Virus record (IMG/VR): IMGVR_UViG_3300027733_000050
Coordinates: 1-64,000 of that record
Length of the DNA stretch: 64,000 bases
From: a virus
Reading direction: 5' to 3' (one strand)
How positions within the stretch are numbered: the first letter of the stretch is position 1; each line of letters starts with the position of its first letter. The notes beneath the pieces are model-generated. The model was not told where the DNA came from. It worked only from the letters and a program-made list of their open reading frames with translations, and searched no databases. Below are positions 16,961 through 27,411 of this stretch, piece by piece. The translations under genes were made by a program, and so were the position numbers.

Positions 16961-19900
16961 ATGTCTACTCAATCAATAGTACAGGGCAACAACGGTAAGT
17001 TGAACTTAGATATGGAACCTGCTTACATTAATCAGGGAGACTATCTAGATGCCAAGAATGTAAGATATTTTACTCGTGAAGGGCAGACAACAGGAAGCCA
17101 CGAGAATGTGTATGGAAACGAATGGGTATTTGATATTGAAAGTATTAATGCAAGGAATAAGGTATACTTTATTGAGTATGGAGATATAACTGGAGATACT
17201 GATTTAACATTTTATTATAGCAATGGTGTTGTTATTGGAACAATAACAGCTATATCGGATCCAGTTAGTTTTGAGGCAGGAGTAAACAGTTTATTCTCTT
17301 CTTCTGATTATCTATTAATATTTAGTTCTTCAGGTGCTGGATTTGGAGTTGAAATAATTCCATATGATCCTGCTGGTTCACCATATCAATTTACTGGATT
17401 TGATTATTCTATAACATCATCAAATGCAGACTGGGTTGTATCGGTAACGCAAGATCCAGTGATGACTGTACACTCAGGAGCAAACAAGGTAATAGGATCA
17501 GTAAATATTGACGATGATTTATTTATTTTAAGTACACCTAATGAATTTGAAATATTATCAGATACTAAATATTTGGCGACAGGTTTAAATAATATCTCTC
17601 CTGGGACTACTTTTTCAATTGATAAAAATAATACTTTAGCTTCTGAAGGAGTTTTACAGTTATATTCCGATAATCCAAATGATATAACAGAATACTCTGG
17701 GCAGCATGTATATTCAAAAAATACAAGCAATCCTTCATACGATGTTATATGTTTAGTTGGATACTATGTAGTAAACGCTCCTGTAGGAGATGTTTATATA
17801 TCACAGGCATCGGTTGGATACGGAACAATAGGTGTAGCAAGAAAGAACGAGAATGATGAAACATGGGCATATACTCGATTACTAGTATCAAGAGAGTTTG
17901 CCTTCTCTACACTTTATCAGGCAGATGTTATTGGAGAGAAAAACAACCGAGGTGTATCAATATACTGGACAGATAATTTTAATGTGCCAAGATCATTTTA
18001 TTACTACGGTGACTATACTACAGATGGTGCGTTGAATAACGTAAACTCTTTGAACAAGTACGTTATTGGAAGTATTGCAAAGCAGACAAGGCTTCAGTAC
18101 GGATACGCTGGTGCTACTATTGACTATGGTGGCCAGGATAATGGTAAATTAAATTGTGGTAACTACAGATATGCTGTTAGGTTTACAACAAAGGAAGGTG
18201 TTAGCACCAACTGGTCTTTGTTAAGCAATCCTTTCTCAACATTCTATGGTGATACTCCATGGACTATCTATGGTGGCGATGCAGACACAAACTCTGGGAA
18301 GTCAAACATTATTAACGTATCGTGGAGTGATAACAATTCTTACGACTATATTCAGTTTTGTTATGTACGATTTGTAGAGGATGCAACTGTTGGAACAGGA
18401 CTGTTTTCCACAGAGGCTTATACGTTTGGAAGAACTAAGTTAGCTCTAGGCCAGACATCTATAGTATACACTCACGATGGATACGAGACAGATGTTGCAG
18501 AGCTAGGCCCTATATCTCAGCTACAGAACTCTACATTTGTTATTAAGAAAGCTAAAAACATTAGAGCCTTAGATAACCGATTAATACTTTCAAATGTTAA
18601 TGTTGCTGGCAACGAAGCATCGTTAGTTAATTTGTTTGATACAATCACATACAGCATTGAGAAGAAAAGCATAGACTCAATAGGCACATTCTCTCCTGAT
18701 AATACATTAACTCAAAGACATGATCCTACTACAGTTTACCAGTATAATTCAAAGATTGTTGATACTGGAGAATACATGGATCCAGAAAACTCGTTTAAGT
18801 ATGTAGGGTACATGATGAACGAGACATATCGTTTCTATGGCGTAGTTGAATACTTAGATGGTACACTGTCTGATGCTTATTATTTATTTGATGCTAAGAT
18901 TTGTACAGATGCAGATGCTCCAGCAGATCCATTAAATAAAAGAAACGGTTCATCTACATTTACTGATTATACTTTAAATACAAACACATCAGCAGGAGAT
19001 GGATTCTATGGCAACTGTTTGTTGGATGAAGCTGAGACTCTTATCCCATATGTAAATGTTACTATTCCATCTGTACTGCCAGCTATTAATGGAGTAGATG
19101 CAAAAAAAGTAATAAACAAGATTCATATATTCAGGGCTGATGTAAAGGAAAAAACAATCCTTGCAAATGGGTTAGGGGTGTTAGGTCTAAGACTAGATTT
19201 AACTCCAACTAATAACTTTGCAAGACATTATGTAAATAATCCAAACACTAGTGGTACTTCATTTATTAATATTTATGGTTCTTTATCATCTGATAATCCA
19301 TATGTTACATCTAGATATACATCATTCCCATTTATTGGAGATGTTGTCTCAGGCGAAACATTTGATAATGATGTTATAAATAATGATTTATATAATGATT
19401 TGTTTATTCCTGCAAATCCTCCATATACAACAGAGGTATACAGAAGATCAATAGAGTTTTATTCTCAAGATCATTTACTTTCAAATGAAAGAATACAATA
19501 CAGTAATATTGATGAGGTAATCAACTATGGTCACTATGATAATTATTTTTACAACTCTTTAACAACAACACCACCAAGAGGTTATAATAGCAGTTCGAGC
19601 TATACTAATAAACATAGTTTTGCATCATTTTATTTCTGTGGAAACTATGGGGATACTGTATATGAAACAACAGCCTTAGATACTACTGTTTTATGTGGCC
19701 CAACACCATGGTTAGATGAAAAAGAACATGTTAAGGTTGATACTAGTGCTTATGGTACTTATAGTAAGTGGTGGCAGGTTAGATGGGGGGCCTTAAATCC
19801 ATATGATGATTATATGACTCACAATAAAGGTCATGTATTTTTTACTGATTCAGATATTAATCCTATTGGAATTAGTGCAGGAAGGACATGTGATTATGCT

Positions 19901-21676
19901 ACTCATTTAATCTCATATTCAAGACCATTAACGCCAGATCAGCAGTATGGGAATAGTAATATAGGAACACTTATTCCAACAGGGGCTTATTATGATTTAC
20001 AAAGCGATACTACACAATTAGGTACACTTGCTACATTAAACGAAGTTAATGTGTTTGGTGGCGATACATATACATGCAAATCCTTACTAAGGTATCGATA
20101 TACAGATCCTAACAATAAAAATGGAAATGGTGATTCAGATGGTGGAAGGTATGGTGTTGGTATTGAGTTTTATTCTCAGTCAAGAGTAAATCCTCAGTTA
20201 AGATATAATACAGAGCCTCAGGGACAAACTCAAAACAATAGGGTATGGCCTTTTGATTTTCCAACTCCTCAAGATAAAAATCAATTTCAAGCCTGGTTTG
20301 CTCATACAGACACATCTAATAAAGTATATCTACCTGAAACAGTTTCGTACAACGGTTCGTTTAGCGATAAAAATACAATAAATTCTTTAGCTATTTACGA
20401 TTCTAATATTTATTACGAAAATAAACAGCCAGCTACAGTTTACTATTCTGAACCTAAGCTACAGGAATCGTTGATTGACTCTTATTCATATATTAAGCCT
20501 AGCAACAGGAAGGATTTAGATATATCTTTTGGTGATATTAATCATCACGAGATTTATAATGGTCAGCTGATTACATTCCAAGAGCGATCTATGAACAGAC
20601 AGTTCTTTAACTCTACTACAATGATATCTAATCCTGACTCTCAGATTGTACTGGGAGATGGTGGTCAGGTGTTATCTAGAAGAGGAGAGACGCTTTCTAC
20701 TTACGGACTAAGAAACAAGTGGTCTGTAATAAAAGGCAGATCAAAGGGAGGTAATGATGTTCTTTACTGGTACGATGCTACCACTAGAAAGATTATGCGT
20801 TTTGCTTACGATGGTGTAGTTCCTATTAGCGTTAGGTCTAATATTGACTCATTTATATGGAACAATACAGGGTTTATACAGATGTACGACACGCCAGCTC
20901 ATGGCGAAGGTGTGTGTGGTGTATGGAACGAAAAATATAACGAGGCACTGTTTACATTTAGGGCTAAGAAAATAGTTGATACATGGAATCCTGATAATAC
21001 ATATGATGAGGGTGATGTTGTTTTTTATACAGGAAGTGGCTATGATGAGTTCCATGAAACAGGTGAGTTTTTTATAAGTAATGTTGATTCAAATACTTTT
21101 GAGCCTGATTTTAATATTGAGGAATGGACTGTTATTCCTCATGACAACAACGAATACTATAACGAGTTTACGATTGTATTCTCTGAGGATAAGAACGGAT
21201 TTACAACATTCTATAGTCCTAAGCCAAAGATTTACATGCCATTTAAGGATGGGTATTTAACACCTATTCCTTTAAGTGATTATGGTCAATATATTTATGA
21301 GAATGATAGAGGAAGTCAATGTGTTTGGTATGATGATTTACAAGAGAACGCATTTATTGAGGGAGTGATTAATTATAATCCTGAGCTGATTAAAACAGCT
21401 GAGGCTATATCTATTGATGCTAATACAACCCCTGTTAGGGTAGATGTAAGATCTGCACAGCACAGCACATATATGTTATCTGCTAATAATGATTTTGCTT
21501 CTGTAGAGGGGATGTACAGAACACCTGTAAAGAATAACGCAACTCCAGATGGGGATACAACTAGAGTATACGGAAGGTGGTTCGGTGTTAAGTATACAAT
21601 GACTCCAGGTACAAGACAAGCTATTAGATCGTTTGTATTAAAAATAAGAGCAAGAAATAGAATGTATAATAAATAA
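16961..21676 (+). CDS. large virion protein (1571 aa), putative tail fibre/host-recognition protein
   Basis: Very long ORF rich in N/Y/T/S/G, typical of fibre and adhesin proteins; no enzymatic motif recognised. Confidence 0.5.
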   Translation: MSTQSIVQGNNGKLNLDMEPAYINQGDYLDAKNVRYFTREGQTTGSHENVYGNEWVFDIESINARNKVYFIEYGDITGDTDLTFYYSNGVVIGTITAISDPVSFEAGVNSLFSSSDYLLIFSSSGAGFGVEIIPYDPAGSPYQFTGFDYSITSSNADWVVSVTQDPVMTVHSGANKVIGSVNIDDDLFILSTPNEFEILSDTKYLATGLNNISPGTTFSIDKNNTLASEGVLQLYSDNPNDITEYSGQHVYSKNTSNPSYDVICLVGYYVVNAPVGDVYISQASVGYGTIGVARKNENDETWAYTRLLVSREFAFSTLYQADVIGEKNNRGVSIYWTDNFNVPRSFYYYGDYTTDGALNNVNSLNKYVIGSIAKQTRLQYGYAGATIDYGGQDNGKLNCGNYRYAVRFTTKEGVSTNWSLLSNPFSTFYGDTPWTIYGGDADTNSGKSNIINVSWSDNNSYDYIQFCYVRFVEDATVGTGLFSTEAYTFGRTKLALGQTSIVYTHDGYETDVAELGPISQLQNSTFVIKKAKNIRALDNRLILSNVNVAGNEASLVNLFDTITYSIEKKSIDSIGTFSPDNTLTQRHDPTTVYQYNSKIVDTGEYMDPENSFKYVGYMMNETYRFYGVVEYLDGTLSDAYYLFDAKICTDADAPADPLNKRNGSSTFTDYTLNTNTSAGDGFYGNCLLDEAETLIPYVNVTIPSVLPAINGVDAKKVINKIHIFRADVKEKTILANGLGVLGLRLDLTPTNNFARHYVNNPNTSGTSFINIYGSLSSDNPYVTSRYTSFPFIGDVVSGETFDNDVINNDLYNDLFIPANPPYTTEVYRRSIEFYSQDHLLSNERIQYSNIDEVINYGHYDNYFYNSLTTTPPRGYNSSSSYTNKHSFASFYFCGNYGDTVYETTALDTTVLCGPTPWLDEKEHVKVDTSAYGTYSKWWQVRWGALNPYDDYMTHNKGHVFFTDSDINPIGISAGRTCDYATHLISYSRPLTPDQQYGNSNIGTLIPTGAYYDLQSDTTQLGTLATLNEVNVFGGDTYTCKSLLRYRYTDPNNKNGNGDSDGGRYGVGIEFYSQSRVNPQLRYNTEPQGQTQNNRVWPFDFPTPQDKNQFQAWFAHTDTSNKVYLPETVSYNGSFSDKNTINSLAIYDSNIYYENKQPATVYYSEPKLQESLIDSYSYIKPSNRKDLDISFGDINHHEIYNGQLITFQERSMNRQFFNSTTMISNPDSQIVLGDGGQVLSRRGETLSTYGLRNKWSVIKGRSKGGNDVLYWYDATTRKIMRFAYDGVVPISVRSNIDSFIWNNTGFIQMYDTPAHGEGVCGVWNEKYNEALFTFRAKKIVDTWNPDNTYDEGDVVFYTGSGYDEFHETGEFFISNVDSNTFEPDFNIEEWTVIPHDNNEYYNEFTIVFSEDKNGFTTFYSPKPKIYMPFKDGYLTPIPLSDYGQYIYENDRGSQCVWYDDLQENAFIEGVINYNPELIKTAEAISIDANTTPVRVDVRSAQHSTYMLSANNDFASVEGMYRTPVKNNATPDGDTTRVYGRWFGVKYTMTPGTRQAIRSFVLKIRARNRMYNK

Positions 21677-21677
21677 T

Positions 21678-21914
21678 ATGGATTACTTAAAGCCGTTAAA
21701 GAACCTTATAGCAGACAAGAGAGAGTATATAATTAATAGATCAACTCTTGCAAATATACTATCTGGGGTTATCTATAAAGTAGACAAGATAGATGCAACA
21801 ATAGCTAGCAAGCAGGATAAGTTAATTGCTGGCGATGGTATGAATATTGCTGGCAATACAGTATCTTTGAACACTAGCGATAGCTTATCGCCTTTATTAT
21901 TAATGGGAGCATAA
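21678..21914 (+). CDS. small hypothetical protein (78 aa)
   Basis: ORF track; abuts its neighbours. Confidence 0.4.
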   Translation: MDYLKPLKNLIADKREYIINRSTLANILSGVIYKVDKIDATIASKQDKLIAGDGMNIAGNTVSLNTSDSLSPLLLMGA

Positions 21915-22496
21915 ATGGCAGCAAACTATAAGATATTAGGTGCTATTGCACACAGGCTACAGGCACATATTGTAACGGCAGATACAGATGGCACATACAA
22001 TACTTACACCGTTGACAATACAGATGGACACTTTCTTGTTCCAGGACAGATCGTTACTATACCATCGGGATCTATTGATCCAGAGTTATCTGGAGACTAC
22101 ATTATATTGACTACTCCTGATATATTTACCTTTACAACATTCACAGGAACACTAACTACAATCACTCCGCCATATACATCAGTTGTATCTGATAATTTTA
22201 CTACCAACGAGGCTCCATTGTATACTGTTCCATCTGGAACATCTACGGTAGTTAGCTCTATAACGGTGTGCAATACTGGTACAGGGATAGAAACTTTTAA
22301 GATAAGAATACAAAAATCTTTTTCAACAAATCTGTTTGCAAACAAGGCAGACTATCTTTACTATAACTTACCTTTAAAGTCAGGCGATACATTTATTGCA
22401 ACAATAGGAACTACTTTATCTGCATCAGATATTGTGTATGTATCGTCAAGCAACAGGGCAGTTCAGTTTATGGCATTCGGATCAGAAATATATTAA
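21915..22496 (+). CDS. hypothetical structural protein (193 aa)
   Basis: ORF track; T/S-rich. Confidence 0.45.
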   Translation: MAANYKILGAIAHRLQAHIVTADTDGTYNTYTVDNTDGHFLVPGQIVTIPSGSIDPELSGDYIILTTPDIFTFTTFTGTLTTITPPYTSVVSDNFTTNEAPLYTVPSGTSTVVSSITVCNTGTGIETFKIRIQKSFSTNLFANKADYLYYNLPLKSGDTFIATIGTTLSASDIVYVSSSNRAVQFMAFGSEIY

Positions 22497-22497
22497 T

Positions 22498-23736
22498 ATG
22501 CAGGGATACGCACTAAAAGATACATCGGCAACTCAGGTTAGTATTTCAAACTCTACAAACTTAGATGCATTTGGGAGGCTTAGGGTTAGCAATCCATTTA
22601 CTTTATTTGATTCAAGCCACAGGTATGCTGATAATGGGCTGTGGTCTACATCTACTGCAACAGGAGGAACTACTACATTTAATGCAAATCAAGGTTTAGT
22701 AGACTTAGCTGTTACAGCGTCTTCAGGCTCTGAAGTTATAAGAGAAACTATTAAAGTATTTGCATATCAACCTGGTAAAAGTTTGCTTGTGTTAAGCACT
22801 TTTGTAATGAGCCCTGCTAAAATAAATCTTAGGCAAAGAGTTGGATATTATGGAACTCAGAATGGTTTATATGTTCAGCTAAATAACGCTACTCTTAGCT
22901 TTGTTGAAAGAAGTTTAGTTACTGGATCAGTAACTGAATCTGTAGTAGATCAATCATCATGGAATGTTGACAAAATGGATGGTACTGGCCCTTCAGGGAT
23001 AGTGTTAGATATTTCAAAGGCTCAAATATTATTTATGGATATTGAGTGGCTAGGTCTTGGGACAGTTAGAATGGGATTTGTTATAGATGGTAATTTTTAT
23101 GTTTGTCATAAGTTTCACCATGCTAACTTAATAACCTCTACCTATATTACAACTGCTTCGTTACCGCTTAGATATGAAATAAGAAATACAGGTGCTACAA
23201 GTGGAGTTAGTACATTAAAACAAATCTGCTCTAGTGTATTATCTGAGGGAGGTTATGAACTTCGTGGTTCACAACAAGCTGTAGGTACACCAATTACTAC
23301 GCCTAAAACTTTGACTACGGCAGGTACATTTTATCCTGTTGTCTCTATAAGACTTAAATCAACAAGGTTAGATGCTATAGCTGTAGCAACAGCTCTCTCT
23401 GCAATAGGAAATACAGCAGCTAATTTTAATTGGCAAGTTGTGTCAGGAGGTACTACTACAGGTGGTGCATGGGTAAGTGCAGGAGCAAACTCTAGTGTAG
23501 AGTATAATATAACAGGAACTTCTTTTGCAGGAGGTAGAGTTATTGCATCAGGATATTTTACAGCTACAGCAAGCACAAGTGTTTCTGTAGATATATTAAG
23601 GGCAGCTTTATTATCTACTCAATTAGAAAGAAATGGATTAACAGGAGTAGCTTCTGAATTTACATTAATTTTAGCGGCAGGTACAAATAATGAAACTGTA
23701 TTTGGTTCAATGGATTGGGAAGAAATAAGTAGATAA
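22498..23736 (+). CDS. hypothetical structural protein (412 aa from ATG at 22498)
   Basis: The ORF track gives 22432 as the start, but the ATG at 22498 (MQGYALKD) follows the upstream TAA by 1 nt; start chosen to avoid a 65-nt overlap. Confidence 0.5.
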   Translation: MQGYALKDTSATQVSISNSTNLDAFGRLRVSNPFTLFDSSHRYADNGLWSTSTATGGTTTFNANQGLVDLAVTASSGSEVIRETIKVFAYQPGKSLLVLSTFVMSPAKINLRQRVGYYGTQNGLYVQLNNATLSFVERSLVTGSVTESVVDQSSWNVDKMDGTGPSGIVLDISKAQILFMDIEWLGLGTVRMGFVIDGNFYVCHKFHHANLITSTYITTASLPLRYEIRNTGATSGVSTLKQICSSVLSEGGYELRGSQQAVGTPITTPKTLTTAGTFYPVVSIRLKSTRLDAIAVATALSAIGNTAANFNWQVVSGGTTTGGAWVSAGANSSVEYNITGTSFAGGRVIASGYFTATASTSVSVDILRAALLSTQLERNGLTGVASEFTLILAAGTNNETVFGSMDWEEISR

Positions 23737-23781
23737 AATAAAAATGGTAAAGTCTTTAAATAAATTGTAAATAATTATAAT

Positions 23782-24963
23782 ATGAAAAACACAATCACAT
23801 TCATCGCAATTGTCCTATTTTTAGTAGGATTAACACACAACATCATTAGCTCTCCTGATGGGGCTCCATCTGGTTACGCTTTTGATAAAGCATCAAGCTA
23901 TAAGTCATGTGCTACAAGTGGATGCCATTCTGGAACAGCAGTCTTTGCTGATACATCTATTGCGAAGATTACAAGTAATATTCCATCAACAGGTTATGTA
24001 CCAGGATCTACCTATACATTTACTGCTACGGTTAACAAGCCTACTTATGTGAGGTTTGGATTTCAAGCAAGTCCTCAAGATAGCTTAGGTAACTACAAAG
24101 GCACAATGGTAGTTACTAACACAAGCAAGACTAAGATAACAGGAACGAAGTACATTACCCATACGCAGAGTGGTAACAGCCAATCATCATGGTCGTGGAA
24201 TTGGGTAGCACCTGCTCTTGGATCAGGACAGGTTAAGATGAGTGGAGCATTGATGGCTGCTAATAATAATGGAGGCACATCAGGCGATTCAGTTTATAAG
24301 GTTTCGGTATTGATTAATGAATGCTTTAAATCTCCTACCAATATAGTAGCTACACCAAAAGGTACATCAGTGACTATTAATTGGACAAAGAATCCTTGTG
24401 CTACAGGGTATAAGATTATGTATAGAGCAGTTGGTGCTACAACGTGGAAGTATATTACACTTCCAGACACAGCTACTAAAGCTATTTATCTTTTAAGTTA
24501 CTCTACTAATTATGAGTATGCAATAGCATCTATCAATGGAACAACATTATCTGCTTACTCTACAATGAAATACTTCACTACCCTGTGCAATTGCCCTCAG
24601 CCTGCATACTACTTAGACAGTTTAACGGCTACATCTAACAGATTCAATTGGACTGATGATGCGTGTGGAGTGAGATATAAGATTCAATACAAGAAATCAA
24701 CAGCTACTGCATGGACTACAAGAATAGTAGGGGATACAGTAAATCAATATACAATAAGTCCATTAGTACCTAACACAACTTATGTGTATCAGTTTAGAAA
24801 AGAATGTAACTCAACAGGTACTTATAACAGCACATGGATTACAGGATCATTCACATCGGCCCCTATTATCCAATCGCCTGACTTAGTTAGAATTATTAAT
24901 ATCGGTGACATTAAAGTTTATCAGTATTCTGATGGAACTACTAAAAAAGTGATTGAAAAATAA
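23782..24963 (+). CDS. secreted protein with two fibronectin-type-III-like repeats
   Basis: N-terminal signal/TM (MKNTITFIAIVLFLVGL); two repeats with the FN3 pattern (..P.N..AT..G.S..I.W....C..GY.I.Y......W......T...L..L...T.Y.Y). Confidence 0.45.
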   Translation: MKNTITFIAIVLFLVGLTHNIISSPDGAPSGYAFDKASSYKSCATSGCHSGTAVFADTSIAKITSNIPSTGYVPGSTYTFTATVNKPTYVRFGFQASPQDSLGNYKGTMVVTNTSKTKITGTKYITHTQSGNSQSSWSWNWVAPALGSGQVKMSGALMAANNNGGTSGDSVYKVSVLINECFKSPTNIVATPKGTSVTINWTKNPCATGYKIMYRAVGATTWKYITLPDTATKAIYLLSYSTNYEYAIASINGTTLSAYSTMKYFTTLCNCPQPAYYLDSLTATSNRFNWTDDACGVRYKIQYKKSTATAWTTRIVGDTVNQYTISPLVPNTTYVYQFRKECNSTGTYNSTWITGSFTSAPIIQSPDLVRIINIGDIKVYQYSDGTTKKVIEK

Positions 24964-25115
24964 TGGCAAAGAAACCAACTACTGCCAAGGTAAGCAGTAC
25001 ATTCAAGAAAAAGGCAAAGGTTAGAAGACCAGGGGTACACAGCAAGAAAGGCTGTAGCTGCTTAAAGTCTTCTAAAAACTATAGCAAGCCGTATAGGTCA
25101 CAAGGGAAAAAATAA
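24963..25115 (+). CDS. small basic protein (50 aa), Lys/Arg-rich with a CxC pair
   Basis: ATG overlaps the upstream stop (TAATG); MAKKPTTAKVSSTFKKKAKVRRPGVHSKKGCSCLKSSKNYSKPYRSQGKK; below the ORF-track size cutoff. Confidence 0.35.
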   Translation: MAKKPTTAKVSSTFKKKAKVRRPGVHSKKGCSCLKSSKNYSKPYRSQGKK

Positions 25116-25146
25116 ATATCTTTGTAATAATTAAAAAAATAATCAT

Positions 25147-25752
25147 ATGAATTTACTAGGACATCGACAATTAGAGGGATTAGGAGCTGCTCCATGGATG
25201 GCTGCTGGTGGTGCTTTGATAGGAGCTGGGGTTGGATATTTACAGTATAGAGAAGGGAAGAAAGAGGCAGAAAGGATAGATAAGTTACCAAGACAGACAA
25301 TGGCTGGTGCTAGATTACAGGAGTTTGGAGCTGTTGAGAATCAGTATAAGGATATGTCACAGCAAGGTCTTGGTGCTGCCGAGACTAATGAGTTCATGAA
25401 AAGAGCTGCTAGTGCAAACTACGCTAACCAGCTAAACGCTCAGTCTATGGGAGGTGGATCGCTGGCACGATATGTGAATAGCCTTAATAACTTTACAATG
25501 ATTAATCAGATCGGTGCATTGGCAGGCCAGAATTTTGGCAGAAGAATGCAGGGATTACAGCAGTATACAGGATTGTTAAATCAGAAGCAGCAAGCAATCA
25601 ACCAAGATGTGATGATGGCAAACCAAAGAATTGATCGTGCTGGACAGGCGGCAGCTCAGTTACAGCAGCAAGGATTGGCTAACGTAGCAGGAGGAATCGG
25701 TGCTGGTCTTTCATCTCTTGGACAAATGTATGCAACTAAATCTACAACATAA
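25147..25752 (+). CDS. Gly/Ala/Gln-rich hypothetical virion protein (201 aa)
   Basis: ORF track; N-terminal hydrophobic glycine-zipper-like segment (AAPWMAAGGALIGAGVGYL). Confidence 0.45.
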   Translation: MNLLGHRQLEGLGAAPWMAAGGALIGAGVGYLQYREGKKEAERIDKLPRQTMAGARLQEFGAVENQYKDMSQQGLGAAETNEFMKRAASANYANQLNAQSMGGGSLARYVNSLNNFTMINQIGALAGQNFGRRMQGLQQYTGLLNQKQQAINQDVMMANQRIDRAGQAAAQLQQQGLANVAGGIGAGLSSLGQMYATKSTT

Positions 25753-27401
25753 TGGCAGAAAACTTTAATACGTTTAAAAATATTGGCGATACGGTTTCCT
25801 TTGACTCTCTGTACAGAGGTATAGAGAACATGGGCAAGGCGATTGCAGCAGCCAGAACAGCTAAGGCTAAGGCTCAAGCTAAGAGTAACGATGAATTACA
25901 AAAGATGATCCTTACATTAGATCAGCAAAAAGGATTAACATCGTTACAAGCTCAAAAGAACAAATCAGATTTGGCTAAGGCTTTAGACAATACTTTTACA
26001 GCTGCAAAAAATGATCCTAACACAACACTAGGAACTTTTTTAACAGAAAGAACAAATTATAATACTTCATCTAATATGGCTGTTGATCAGTCAAAAATAG
26101 AAAATGAAATAAGACAAAAGGCAGGAGAGGGTTTAATATCTGCTACCGTTCTTGATTTATATAATCAAGCAACAAAAGATGGCAATATGTTACCTTTTTT
26201 AAATCCAAATAATCAGTTAGAGCTTAACAGACAAGGGATATATGTGGTTGCAGATCCCAACTCAGTAGCAACATTAACTGATGGAACTCAAAGTGCTACC
26301 TGGGCTTTTGTTTCGTCACCAACACTTGCAAAACCTAAATCGATTATTGATGAATTTGCAAAAATAAAGAATGATCCTTCAAACTATACATCAGCGATTA
26401 CAACCAATGAAAAAAAAGAAACTAAGGTAAACGGTGTATGGGATACTAAAACAATTGAAACATTTACTATAAAGCCAGAAAAGATTACAGAGTTAAAAGA
26501 ACAGTTAGCTTCTGACGTTGGTATACAATCTTTGTATAGAACAGATAATGAGTTATGGAATAAAAAGACTGTTTTAGAATATGATGCAATAAATAAAGAT
26601 CAAACACTACAGGGTTTGTCACAAGAAGAAAAATTAAAGTTAGCTGCTAAGAGAGCAATTCAAAAGGATATAGATGCTTACAATGCACAAGGTGGATTTA
26701 ATTATGCTGATACAAAGGTAGGTACTGTAACTGAAAAATCAGACTCTAAGATTATTATTAATAATCAGCCTAGGACTATTGATAGAGGGCCTATGAGTGC
26801 TAGTAGTGGTGTAAAAACAATAAAAGGTGCTAGAGCATTAGATGCTATTAATACTAAAGCACAACTTAATGAGATAGCTGCTAAATTGAAGAAGAATGGT
26901 GACAACCCTGTATACGACACATTTAATGGTAAAAAAGTAATGTATGTTAGGGTAAAACCTGGAGTAGTTGATGCTTTTTATATGGATGAAGTAGATGAGC
27001 AGGCAGCAGGATTCCAAATTCAAAAAACTAAACAGAATGCTGATCCAAAAAGTTTTGTGTATACCCCAGGAGATTTAAAAGATAAACAGTTTTATGATCC
27101 AGCAAACTTAGCACCAGTTAGTCAATCTAAGGTATCGCAAATTATGAAGGAAGGAACGATAGATGATTATGTTAAGATAGGTGGAAAGATATATGCTAAA
27201 TACACAAGCATTATACAAGGAGCTGAGGGTATTTCTCTTGACAGAACAAACTCATTCTACGTATATGTAGAGCCTAATCAGGAATTTGATAGAATAGGAG
27301 CTTCTTACTATGAAAATAAAGGTGGCAAAGCGATCAACTCAATGTATGATTGGGATGGCTGGGGAAGTGAAGAGACAAACGATGTAATTGACTTTAAATA
27401 A
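25752..27401 (+). CDS. hypothetical virion protein (549 aa)
   Basis: ORF track; start overlaps the upstream stop (TAATG). Confidence 0.5.
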   Translation: MAENFNTFKNIGDTVSFDSLYRGIENMGKAIAAARTAKAKAQAKSNDELQKMILTLDQQKGLTSLQAQKNKSDLAKALDNTFTAAKNDPNTTLGTFLTERTNYNTSSNMAVDQSKIENEIRQKAGEGLISATVLDLYNQATKDGNMLPFLNPNNQLELNRQGIYVVADPNSVATLTDGTQSATWAFVSSPTLAKPKSIIDEFAKIKNDPSNYTSAITTNEKKETKVNGVWDTKTIETFTIKPEKITELKEQLASDVGIQSLYRTDNELWNKKTVLEYDAINKDQTLQGLSQEEKLKLAAKRAIQKDIDAYNAQGGFNYADTKVGTVTEKSDSKIIINNQPRTIDRGPMSASSGVKTIKGARALDAINTKAQLNEIAAKLKKNGDNPVYDTFNGKKVMYVRVKPGVVDAFYMDEVDEQAAGFQIQKTKQNADPKSFVYTPGDLKDKQFYDPANLAPVSQSKVSQIMKEGTIDDYVKIGGKIYAKYTSIIQGAEGISLDRTNSFYVYVEPNQEFDRIGASYYENKGGKAINSMYDWDGWGSEETNDVIDFK

Positions 27402-27411
27402 TTAAAACAAG

